Source: Hyaloraphidium curvatum SAG 235-1 (taxonomy: Eukaryota; Fungi; Monoblepharomycota). Taken from it: 64,000 nt of DNA. The stretch is from positions 186,001 to 250,000 of the forward strand of contig JAIVFI010000023.1 in the NCBI GenBank assembly GCA_025558095.1, in the 5' to 3' direction. Below are positions 23,022 through 34,390 of this stretch, in pieces (position 1 is the stretch's first letter; each line of letters starts with the position of its first letter). The position numbers were made by a program, and so were the translations under genes. Below the pieces are notes generated by a model. It saw only the letters and a list, made by a program, of their open reading frames with translations, did no database searches and was not told where the DNA came from.

Positions 23022-25650
23022 GAAGAAGAAGAATGGTATTGGTGGTGACCCGGACCTGCCCCTGGCTTGGCCGCTGTTACACCATGAGTTTGCAGCTAAT
23101 TGCAAAGTTTATCATCGTCGTGTGTCTTTTTCATTTTCCCAGTTTTCCTGTCCTTCATGGACTTTGAGATGAAGCTGGCAATGGAGTTGAGGGCCTTCTC
23201 CTTCTGCCGCCTCGCTTTGATCGTGGGCTCGAACTCCTTGATGCTAAGAGCCCAGAGCCAGGTCTCCATGTTCCACTCGCGGCCTAGTGCTTCCAATCTA
23301 GTCTGCAGCTTCTGGCGACGCTCCGCATTTGCTGAACAGTGAAACAGAAAGTGTTGTTCGTCTCCAATGTGCTCAGGGTCATGCTTGCACGTTCTCTGCT
23401 GCACCTCAAGTCCTTGGTGCCTGCCTGTCTCCACCTCCAGGTCGTGGGTAGAGCACAGCAACTTTTGGACATCCCTCCGGTGCTTCTCCACCCGGATCAG
23501 GGATGGTCCGATGTGTCCAAAGGTCATGTCACACATCCTCCAAAAGTGCAGTTTGTCGTTGTCCTTGAGCCTCTGGGCATTGACCTCCCTGAACTTGCCC
23601 TTCACAAGATTCTCCACAGTCTCCTTGGGCCATGAGAAAGTGTCCTTCTCCCACATCTCCTTCCCATCTTCGCCGCCATAGTATACAAGTAGTTCCCTCA
23701 GGAAGGCAGCCCAGTTCCAGGACCCCTTCAGTGCCTCGATCTTGAGCTCTTTGTAAAGTAGGTACAGCGCAGGATCCGCTGTTTTGATGTGCATGAGGAA
23801 CTTGAGTGCCGACTCGTGGTCATGAACTGCAAGGGGGTACTGGCCAGTGATCGCATACAGACAGGCCAGGGAGGTAGACTTGGGCAGATGAGTGACGGCA
23901 CGAAGAGCCATGCATGTCACTTTGTCCCTAGTGCTTTCCCCGGCAAGGTACTCCTCCTTCGGCATCTCAACAATGAACGGGTTCCCATATTGGCCCACTG
24001 CCTTGACCTTTGTGTTGTAGAGCTTGAGCTGGAGGTCAGGACTCATCCCAGGCTGCTCCCTGATGTCACGGAGCCAGAGCCCATAAGCAGCGTTCATCTT
24101 GGCCTCTCTGCCATGCACATGGTCCTTGCTCCGGCCGGTTGAGGTCAGCTGATACCCCAGAAGCTTGAAGCTGTCAACCCTCTTCAGCTCCTGGTCCCTG
24201 TACATGACCTTTACACGGTGAGGTATCCTCCTGGCCATCCACTCTGTCTTGCTGACGTTGATCTCCAGCCCATTGGCACTGGCATATGCAGACAAAAGAT
24301 CCAGCTGCATCCTGGCATCCTTCACCGTTTTCGAGATCAAAGTGGTGTCGTCTGCAAAGAACAGAGCCAGCAAGCTGACCATCCTCTCCTGATCCTCTTC
24401 CTCCTCAGACACCATGCCCAGATCCATCCCTTTTGCACCATTGGCCTCCATGAAAGCAGTGATGTCGTTGATGAACAAGATGAAGAACAGCGACGAGAGA
24501 GGGTCCCCCTGCTTCACTCCGGTCAGGAACTTGATGAAGTCTGACTTGGTCCCGTCTTCATCCCGGAGCCGTCCCCACACGCGCCCGAACACCATCTCGA
24601 ACATGTCAACAACCTGTTTGGGTACACCCATCTCCTCCAGCTTCTTCCTCGATCTTGGTTACGTATTCGGCGCTGGCCACCATCTCCATGTGGCGTACCA
24701 GCTCTGCAAAGGGCACGGGGTTGCCCTTCCGCCTCGCATAGGTCTTCCCAAGCAGTTGGTAGTATCCCTTAGGCTCTCGCCTGAAGAGTCGTTCCAGCAG
24801 CTCAGAGTTCTTGTGCTCCGCGATCTTCCGCATCTTCTTCTCCAGCTTCTTCCTCTCCTTCTCCAGCTCTCGCACCTTCCCTTGGTACTCCTTCTTCCAC
24901 TCCTCCTTCTCCATCAGGGATCGCAGCTCAAGAAGGCGTGACAGCTTGCGGTCGATCTCGGTCCTCGCCGCCGAATCCGCAAAGCCGTTCAGGAACTTAT
25001 CAGCCTCCTCATGCACGCTGACCTTGTCGTATTTCTTCTTTGCCACCTTGCTCACCGCCGCCATGATCTATCAGCTGATTGCACTTGTCCGAGCCAGCCT
25101 CCATCTGCTCGCCGTACTCCTGCATAGACTATTTTACCGACGCCTCGTCCCAGAGATTTCGCATGATCGCGAGGAAGTGGAAGTCGCAGGGCACGTGCTT
25201 GCCACGTGACTTGTTCTCCTTACGGTTGGTCGCTTGCTGTTGGCCTCGATGGTCATGCTCAGTGCCATATGATCTGAGGTGACGACCCAACCCTCCTTCA
25301 CAAAGGCAAGCTCGGTGACCGTCCCATAGTGGCTCTGCGGAACGATTGCGTAATCCAGGGTGCTGTTGCGCTCGCCGTCTTTCCCTGCGCGGGTTGTTGC
25401 CCCTGGTTCGAGGTGGCCATTCAGGATCACGAGCTCCTCCTCCTGGCACAATGCAAGCAGCTGTTTCCCCCTCCGATCCGTGCGCTGCTCCGACCGAATT
25501 ACACGTTTTCCGAAGCTCGTGCCACGCACGCCGCTGTTCGCGTCGCTTATCCCCCGTGAGCGTTCAGGTCCCCGATCACGATCGGTTTGTCGCATCCGGT
25601 TACCATCCCCGCGAACCTCGTCCAAATCTCGTCCTCATCTCGTAGCACGG
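23022..25650 (-). mobile_element. LINE copy D: APE endonuclease C-half, linker and RT C-part, internally deleted
   Basis: RGKQLLALC..ELVILNG, STLDYAIV and SDHMAL (APE-EN) at 25134-25625; deletion junction near 24645 removes the N-terminal RT subdomains; 23040-24645 is a near-identical inverted copy of copy C. Confidence 0.93.
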
Positions 25651-25651
25651 T

Positions 25652-25745
25652 GACAACGAACTCTGAAATTAGCAGCAAAGTGATGGTGTGACACTGGCCA
25701 ATCCAGCTGTGGGCAGGTCCGGGTCACCAATGCTATTCTATTCTC
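25652..25745 (+). mobile_element. LINE copy E: ~90 bp 3'-end fragment (copy A-like subfamily)
   Basis: GAAATTAGCAGCAAAG..GATGGTGT..GGGCAGGTCCGGGTCACCAATGCTATTCTATTCT. Confidence 0.85.
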
Positions 25746-25757
25746 AACTAACCTAAC

Positions 25758-25831
25758 CTTTGCAATTAGCAGCAAACTCATGGTGTAACAGCGGCCAAGC
25801 CAGGGGCAGGTCCGGGTACTATTCTATTCTA
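25758..25831 (+). mobile_element. LINE copy F: ~75 bp 3'-end fragment, abutting an LTR-like end at 25834-25866
   Basis: CTTTGCAATTAGCAGCAAACTCATGGTGTAACAGCGGCCAAGCCAGGGGCAGGTCCGGGT followed by ACTATTCTATTCTA. Confidence 0.88.
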
Positions 25832-27493
25832 ACTACCCTAAGTCACAGTTAGGGTTAGTCCTTACAGGTGCGGGTCAATACTGCTGCATTATAAACACGC
25901 CACATGCAAAAGCTAATGCAGAAAGCTATCATGCTTCATGCACACCAGCACAGGTAGCATTGCTCTACCAATTGTGATAACCCTTTGCTCGGAGCTGCTG
26001 GAGATGCGTGAGCTTAGGGATGGGTGGCACCCCACAATGGGACCTTTGGAGGCCCTAGGCCACGGCACCCAACCCCTGTGCCATCCTGGTGTTTGACACC
26101 TGGAACAAACGTAGGTGCCATGCAGGATGGTTTGAGCAGCATCAGGAACGCCGGCATGCTTTGGAACGTGCGGCATCAGAGGGAGATTGTCCTGGCTACG
26201 GGTTGGTCACAACGCCTGGCCTGCCCATCACCAGCAAGACCGTTCGTGATCACTGCACAATCATGTCGCTTTCCTGAGGATCTTGCCAAAGAACCTTGCT
26301 TTGATTCCAGTCGAGACACGCATGCAGCACCGGGCGTTTGCTGTTGCTCTGGCCAGCCTCATGGACCAGCTGACGGAGGCCGTTGATCCGATAGTGGCCC
26401 AGGACGATCTTCCGGACGGCAACCCCTCGCAGACTTTTGCCAATCCTGAGAAGTAAGGGTCTCCACGTCACTCTGTACCGTGCTCTTGCTCCGTGTTCCG
26501 CCTCTGGTTCCACACGTACCTGACTGCGTGCACCGCTTTCCTGATTGTCTGCGCCGCAGGCTCCGCTGAGACTCTACATTGGTGAGCAAACGGACACTGA
26601 TTCTAACTGCATTGCCGAACGCCGCAAGTAGTTCCAAATCGAAATGGGCAAACGAGCGAGGGGACGGACGCCCCAACAAGATGTACGGATACTCAGCTTC
26701 GGGCAATAGACGGATGTAAAGGGCAGAGGCGATGGCGACGACACAGCTGCTGCTGGCGGGCACCGAAAAGGTCCAGGAGACTTGCTCGAGCTCCTCCCCA
26801 TCCCTTTCGGCCCCGTCCAGCTCGCAGTCCTCCAACACGGGCATACCCCAGCTCGCATCTGCGCAATTCGACCGGTCCTCGCCGTCATCCAATCCCCGTC
26901 CTCGCGGCTCCTCGGCGTCCCTGCTCGCGCGTTGCGTGCGACGGGGTGAGAAGGCGACCGCCATCCCGCCACCGCGCAGCCGCCCGCCCACCCCCGCTCA
27001 GCCGTGCCCGCGCCGTCCAACTTGCCGTCCTCCATCGTGCCTATGCCGCGGCCAATGTTTTGGCCCTGCCGCAGATGGCAGGGAAGGGCAATGCACGTTA
27101 CCGCCGAGGGGGGCATAACGCCGACCGCGCCTCTCACCCCTCCCTGCACGCTCCCACGCCCACGCAGCCCACGCAGCACGCCGCAATACGTCCATCAAGC
27201 AACGCTGCGGGGTCTGCGGGCGTCATACGCGGTCGCTGGGGCGGTTCCGCGCGTCGGGGTTTTGCACGCGTGCCCCACTGCCGGCCCCGCCCCCCATCCC
27301 GGATCCCCCAACCCCCATCTCGCCACTCGTGCAAGCAGGGCAGCGTCCATTTATCACTTCAAAGGACGGATCCGGTCCCATGATGCTACATTGGGGTCCC
27401 CGGGCCGCTCCGGCCGCTCCCGGCGCTGCCAGCAAGAACGATGCTCCCCAACGTAAAGTGTTGCAGCCGAGAGTGAGGATCCTGGCAGTCATA

Positions 27494-27642
27494 AGGGCCC
27501 ACCCGACTGAAAACGGCGACCGCTTATCCTTCGATATCCGTCAATATCCTTCGAATATCCTTGGTATCCTTTGTATCCTAGGATTTATCCTTCAAGTATC
27601 CCTGGTATCCTTCTATCCGTCGTTTTCAGTCGGGCGGGCCCT
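27494..27642. mobile_element. MITE (149 bp) with ~25 bp TIRs and an internal TATCC array
   Basis: Left AGGGCCCACCCGACTGAAAACGGCG; reverse complement of right AGGGCCCGCCCGACTGAAAACGACG; flanking direct repeat GTCATA at 27488-27493 and 27643-27648. Confidence 0.85.
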
Positions 27643-27998
27643 GTCATAAGGCTTGTTCATCTGCAGGGCTCATGAGATATTTGACAGCTCAAGAAAGAGT
27701 TCACCAAAATACTAAGATCTTGGGTCACGCAAAGTGGGACCCACAAAGAGGATGCATGAAGAGAGAGAGAAAACACCACCTGGGTGTATTGGGAGTGGTG
27801 TGTGTTCAATGAAGGTGTAGCAGGGAAGGTCCCCAACCGATATGGGAGAGCAGCCTGGGTAGGGCACGGTCCCTGGCCCCGACCCAGAAACCCGATGGAG
27901 ACAGCTGCCTGTGAACGCTCCTTTCCGCAGTGCTAGGGGCCGTCACCGCCCAAACAAGGGCTTGCCACCGAGGGGACTGCTCGAACGAACCCCGGCAA

Positions 27999-28938
27999 AT
28001 GTTCCGTACAACCTTCCAGGTGCGACCTGTGCAGGGGCAGCCACGCATTTCCATCTCATGCCTCCGTTCCGGGGCCGTCGCCTCCCGGCAGTCGGGTTTT
28101 CTGTCCATTCTCTACTCCATCGGGTCAGCGAACTCGCACTGCACAATTCTGCCCCCGCGCTAACAAGGGTCCCCTGCAGGAGCAAACCCCTGCAGATATG
28201 GGATAGTCAGTCCAGCAACGGCCACATAAAGCGGGTGACGGACGAGGATATCCAGAGCTCTGTCCTCGAGATCGTCGGGACCAACGTCGCGACCAACTCG
28301 ATTAGCTGCCCGTCGTCACCGTCCCAAAGCCTTGGGGTCAATCTTCCCTATCTCGTGCTCGTAGTAAAGAATCTCGACGTGGGTTTTCGGCCCGGGAGGG
28401 GGCGCACGATGGTTGGGAGGGCGACGGCTGACCGTCCCGTGAGCAGAAGTTCTTCACCTTCGAGGTCACGGTGGGCTTCATGGCCTCGCTCTCTATGCTG
28501 GAGGGCGGCTCACGTGTCGAGTCCGCTAGATCCTGGACGACAAGAATGTCCGTAGACGCTTTAGGGCCTCTAACTACCAGGTGCCGCGCGCGCCAGCACG
28601 GCCCGGGGCCGAGCTAACGAGGGCCTACGCAGTCGACGACGCGGGTCAAACCTTTCATCTGCACAATGCCAATGCGATTGGACGACGGCTGGAACCAGAT
28701 CCAGTTTAACTTGTCCGAGTTTACTCGGAAGGCCTACGGAACAAACTATGTAGAAACGTTGCGCGTGCAGATTCACGCCAACTGCCGACTTCGTAGGGTG
28801 TACTTTGCCGATCGCCTGTACTCGGAGGAGGAGCTGCCTCCGGATTTCAGGCTCTTCTTGGTGGGATTCACATCTGCCGATGGGTGCCTGGTCTGACTCC
28901 ACCGTCGGCAGCCCATTCACAAGTCACGACAGCAGTAG
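27999..28938 (+). CDS. CFAP20: Cilia- and flagella-associated protein 20 (Bug22/FAP20)
   Basis: [26 protein letters not shown]...[36 protein letters not shown] after removing GT-AG introns. Confidence 0.97.
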
Positions 28939-29019
28939 GGTCCCGATTTATGTATGTAGATGACCATGAACAAGCTCCACCCCACATCCACCCATCCACC
29001 ATGGCGCAGACCTTGCACT

Positions 29020-32000
29020 TCACTCGTGCCGTGCCCGATCTGCCAGCGCTGCGACCGCCTCCACCAGCCGCACGCGCAGGTCATCGAGAGTTGCCTTTTC
29101 GGCAGTGGAATGCCCCCCTTCGAGGCCGTCGTTAATGGCCGCAAAAACCTGGTCGACGACATTGTAGGGGAACCAACGGCCGCCGGACTCGAGTTGTGCA
29201 GAGCGCCGGGTACCTTCCATGCGCTATTTTGCAAACAGAAGTTAGCGCCAATGGCACAGGGCGTTGGGAGAAGCCACAAACCTCCTGCAGTCCATCGAGG
29301 ACGGCTCGTGTGGCGTCAATTGTCATCCCTTGCTTCAGGTAGTGCCGAACCAAGTCCTGGTAACAGGTGGACTTCGTGCGCGCGAGAGCACAATCAGGCC
29401 GCCAGTTGACCTAAGCATGAAACATCCCCACCTTCAACGGGGCAAGAAGCCAGGGGGGCGGCACGAGCCCTTGTTCGGACTGCAAGATTATGCTGATTGC
29501 ATGCTGGCGGTCATCCGATGGTCCGCTGCGGCCGCCTTGTTGTTCGAACTTCTCCACGTAAACTTGCAGAATCTTCCAAGTTCGTTCAAGCGCAGTGCCT
29601 TCGGAGGGAATGCGACAATCCGACGCGGCCAAGAGTAATCCTGCGTTGCGGTCCCTGCCAGATGGTGCGGTAAGGAAACAAGGGAATATTGCACGGCTGT
29701 GTCGACTCTCACGAAGATCTCCTGTCGCTCGAAGCAAGCAACATGCCCTGGTCGACAAGCGACTCGACAAGCGACCGCGGCGACAAACCGTATGCCTCAA
29801 TCAGCGACGCTGCGGCGTCCACGTAGCCCCATTGCATGAGGAGGGCCAAAGTGCCGGGCGCGTCCTGCTGCATGCCTGCAAGAGCGGGGACAGCGATCAG
29901 CTGGCGAGCATCAGTTGCGCGCGGATGGAGCTTACTTTCGGTGGCCTTGTGGGGCTCCTTTGTTTCGATCAGCAGCTTGGCGGATGCGAGCGCGTAGGAG
30001 CGGCGCACGTCGTCGATGCGTATGACGGCGTTGTCAGAGCGGGCGGACTCGGCCCCATTCACGAGAACGCGGGCTCCAACACGCTGATTGAAACAAAAGG
30101 TGCATTAGTGGGCAAATACCAATATAGCACGCAAAGGGCGCACCTTGGACACACCCGCGTCCAAAAGCGGTGCGACGAACCAAGCATCCTCCTGCCTCAC
30201 CAAGGAGAGCGCATGCATCGAGAGCGACAAACTGTGGCAGACTTCTGTCGCCTGCGATGGTCGTTTGCCGGCAGCCTTGCCCTTTTCTCCGCCACGAACC
30301 TTGGCAGCATGGCGATACATCGTTGCCGCCGCTTTTGCAAGGTCAGCCTCGTTGGGGAGAAGCACAACGGCAGCACGTACCTAGTTGGTACTCGTCTTTG
30401 CTGATGTAGTAGGAGTAGAGGATTTCCGAAAAGTTCGGAGCATCAAAGGGTCCGGCGTTGCCTGCCTTGAATCTCAAGACCGCCTCCAGTTCGTCGTGGA
30501 GATCGAGAAACTCGTAATCGAGGAGCTTCTGCACTTGCTGGTTCTCGCTCAAGACAGTGACAAAGCGCTCAAGGCAGGTCTTGCGGCTGCAGCGGAGCAT
30601 TGTGAGCTCATTTCCATCGAGGCGTCTCGCGTGACCGCCTACATTTCGGGGTCCATGCCAGCAAAGAGCGCGTCATAAGCGTCGTCGTACCGCAACAGAT
30701 CCATCGAAGTGACGAAGACATTGTGCCACAGGGAGCTTGCCAGCGCGGCACGATCGCCATCCTTCGAAGCCGCACTTCAGTAAGGTAGTCCGACGTAGCC
30801 GCCTACAACTTACCCCAAGATCGCCCAAGTGGCCCAGCGCCAGTCTTGCGAAAGCCAGGCTCATCTCCGCATGTCCACGACTCGCAAACAATGCAGACAC
30901 GTGCGCGTTGTAAAAGAGCGGGCCGCCTCTTACGGTCTCGCCGGGTAGAATCAACGGCAACAGCGTGCTCTCTGCCCGGTCCATGTGCCTGTTGTCGACT
31001 TGGAACAAAAGTCAGTGTGACCGAAACATGCAAACGCTGGACACGTCCTACCGAATGCGCTGGCGGTTTTGCGGAAGTAGTCTGCAGCCTTCTCGGGTCT
31101 GTTTTGCTCAAGCAAGAGCCATCCCCGAAGGAACGCAGTGCTGACGTCGTTTGGCATCAGCGCAACAAACTGTTCCAAGGAATCGAGGAGTTTGCACTCT
31201 TGCAGCTTCAATGCACACCGGAAAATGGCCGTGCGTGTCGTCCACGAAAAGTCCGAGTCCTCGTCCGATGCAGCCCGGCAAAACCTGCCGCGAACGAAGA
31301 AGTCCCAAGCCCCGGCCAATAAACTCAGGGCAAATGGTACCTCCGGAGTGGTCTGCTCTGCATGAACGGGTCCGCTACCGCGCATGATGACGGAAATGAG
31401 AGCTTCCTCCTCCGATGAACCGACGGCACTCGGTGCCTCGGAGTCCAGGTCCCACAGGAGGCCAGGGGCTGCTCCGGCATCGGCAGCAGTATCGTGCCGG
31501 CCAGTCCGCTTCCCGACCGATGCTGTCTCCCTGCACAACCACCGAAGGACAATCCAGAGGCGAAGCACTTCCAGGGCATCCCTAAGGAAACCCAGTACTC
31601 TGGACCTCGGCAGCACAAGTTCGCGCGCGTCCAAGTCCAGAAGCACCAGCAGTACAATCACGAGGTTCCATGAGGTGCGGTGCCTGCTCTCCGAGATCTG
31701 CTGCACCGCTAGGACGGTGTACTGGAAAGCCAACATAGAAGTGCCCGCTGGCTCGCTACCTTCCGATGAAAACTGGGAGGCGCGTGGAATCTCCAGGTCT
31801 TGGGACGTGCTCCTCAACAGGCTGAGCAAACGATCGAGGAAGCTCCCCAAGTCCACGCAGGCTGCGAGTCGACCCACGAACGCTTCCGCTGCGTGCTCCA
31901 TGGCATGTCCGGAACGGGCACCCAGGCCATGACGCAAAACCAGCTCTGATGCAAAAGGCCCTAGTTGGAGCGTCTCGGCATCTCTCACTGCAGAGATGAC

Positions 32001-34136
32001 GTCCTCTTCGACCGCAGAGAAGGCCGTCGGCGGAAACGAATCGTACAGGATTTCGATGGCATCCAAGTACAACGCAAAGTCCTTCCATATCTCCGGCGTC
32101 AGGACGCTGTTGTACGAAGACCAGGGAAACTGAGCCACGGTCAGAGACAGATCCGTCTCCCTCGGAGGCTCGATGTCCCCGGTGTACACCTGATCCAGCA
32201 CGTCGAGCTCTTCGCATCCGCGCAATGTGGACAGAGAACCCGGCTTCACCACGAAGACAGCGTGATAGTAATCGGGGTCCACCAGGATCGCAGCAGGGAT
32301 GTTCAACCGGATTTGGCTCTCGATGCAGAGGTTGAGCAGCTTGGTCCACCTGAGCTTGAGCAGCTCGGCGTTGCGTGCCAAATCCTGCATGCTAGGGAAG
32401 CCCTGTCCCGTTCCGTCCGCAGCAGACATCGCATCCGCCTCGACGAGTCTGCACAGCTCCGCGCGAAGGGCGACGACGTCGTGCTGCCCATCGAAACCGT
32501 TGGCGACGGCCGAATGACCCAGCGACCGAGCGTAATGCCGCAGTGCATCGACCACAGCACCTAACGCAAACCGATTCGGATAAAAGATGTGCTGCAGGAA
32601 AACGTCCGAGACACTGCGCGGCCCAATTTGCGTGCAATCAAAGTCCGGCAGCTCCAACCACGTTGAGCTTGCCCTCAGAACGCTCATCCACTTGTTTGCG
32701 CCTCCCATCGGCTCGATGTCGGATCCATCATCCCACGACGCAACCACTTCGGCGTCGTCGATGGCAATGTAAGCCAACTCCATGTCCTGTTCCTTGATGC
32801 ACAGCGCCCACAAAGTCCAGGCAGCGTTCCCCGAGGTCTTTCCGGCTTCGCCTGCGCCCCGTACCGTTTTCTCCGGGAAGGAAAACGAATCCGGCGTGAT
32901 CTCAAAGTCCACCAGATATCTCTCTGCGACGTTGAGCATGCCACCCGAGTCAGGCTCCCCCAGCGCCGGCGGTGGCTCAATCGAGGATAGCCTATCCAAG
33001 CTGCGCCAACGGAGATCCGGGTCGATCTGACCCTCATAGATGGCAAAGCCATGACCCGGCTGATCCGGCACATGGATCGCTGCTTTGAACGTGAAGCCGC
33101 GACGCGCACCTTCCTGGTCGAATCCATCGGCAGTTTCGAAAAGGTTGCGGTCAAACGTGCGAATAAGCCGCCGTGTCTGTGGTTCCAGTAGCCCGGACGC
33201 GTCTTCCGCACGGCTGGGAGCGTCATCCAAAGCAACTGTCTGCACGAGGCGCTTCTCCAGCAAGCTCCAAATGCGCAGCTTCCGGTCGCGGCAAATTGTG
33301 ACCAAAAACGACGGTCCATAGTCGCCGCACGCAACGCAAGCCATGTCCACGACCTGCAGGGCGGACGACTCAAGCAGGGCCTCCCCTCGGTCCGAAGACT
33401 GATCGGCTCCCTTCCCCAAGCCCAGCCACTGCAAGGGCAGGGACGAGAGACTCGCACCGAGCGTTCGGCGGAGAGCGCTTGTGTCTGGGTTCATGATGTG
33501 TTCTGGGAGCCTGGTCACGGACAGGAGCGAGGCAGGCTCAAACGACCCACCTTGGACAACATCGGCGTTGCTTTCGTCTGCAGAGCTCTCCTGCAGGATC
33601 AAGGTGCCATCGTTGCACGCTATCACGGATGTCGAAAGGTCGGCCGCATGGAAAAGCACGGGGTGGGCCGTCTTCGACCTGTTTCTCAGAGCAGAGATGA
33701 CGTGCTCCGAGCGTTCCGCGCCCCTATCCGGTCTGTCCGAATACAAAAGCAACGGCTGAGGGAACCGGAAACGATGCACGACGCCGTCATTGGTACAAAG
33801 AATGACGGTTGCCGCATCGTCGTGCTCAAAGAAGTGCACCGTCGGTACCACCGGCGAATCAAAGACCAGCCGGACGGGCTGCTGGCGACCAACGCGCTCC
33901 CGCAAGTCCTCTCCACCGTCTGAAGCGTCCATGTAATCCTCTGCGGGCGTCATACGGCTCAATGCCACTATGCGCAGCTCGAGCGTGTTGTCGCCGGCGA
34001 GGAGCCTCCAAACCAGCAGGAACCCGGGATTTCGGTGCAAGACCGCCGCGCCGGCACTGGGTCTGGTATCCAAGCCCCAAGCTCCATCCTCCAAGGGGCC
34101 CTTGTCCAGGAACAGCGATGCTTCCTTGAAGAACAT
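29020..34136 (-). CDS. NUP160: Nucleoporin Nup160/Nup120
   Basis: MFFKE start, LVTICRDRKLRIWSL, FLQHIFYPNRF, LWHNVF..YDDAYDAL, ILYSYYI and C-terminal WFPY. Confidence 0.88.
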
Positions 34137-34390
34137 TGTCCGCGCTTTCGAGGTCGCACCGCAACTCCGCAAGACACGCGCCTTCACGGTCGCCGCTCCA
34201 GCTATAGCATGAACCTATCAAAAAGCGCGAAATGCACGCCTTCCAGAAGCGTCTGAGTGCCAGTCGGCCTAAACCGCACACGGTTTTCGGCGGGTCGGTT
34301 ACGTCGCGCGTCCGCTCGCGATCATCGCAGCACACAGACCGAGTACGTTCGCACCCCCTGCCCGCCCGGTGCCATCGGGCGTACGCGGCC

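Larger units (their letters stand above)
17986..27690. mobile_element. Nested transposon island (Helitron, LINEs, LTR-like remnants, MITE)
   Basis: No recognisable host genes for ~10 kb between RPN1 and CFAP20; visibly lower GC and CpG than the flanks over most of its length; component elements are listed separately. Confidence 0.9.

Noticed and set aside
20339-24631. RT ORFs as a retron, DGR, telomerase or domesticated RT system
   Set aside because: APE endonuclease, non-LTR RT motifs, 5' truncations, simple-repeat tails and frameshifts all indicate ordinary decaying LINE copies.
22151-25650. Helentron (helicase plus APE endonuclease in one element)
   Set aside because: The endonuclease is colinear with the LINE linker and RT of copy D, and lies upstream of the helicase rather than fused after it.
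25747-25858. Telomere-like CTAACC and TTAGGGTTAG
   Set aside because: About two units at most; the TTAGGG is one arm of a small hairpin in the LTR-like end also seen, diverged, at 19831-19863.
27520-27620. Short regularly spaced repeats resembling a CRISPR array
   Set aside because: Repeats are 5-7 bp with 3-7 bp spacers inside TIRs, in a eukaryotic context with no cas genes.
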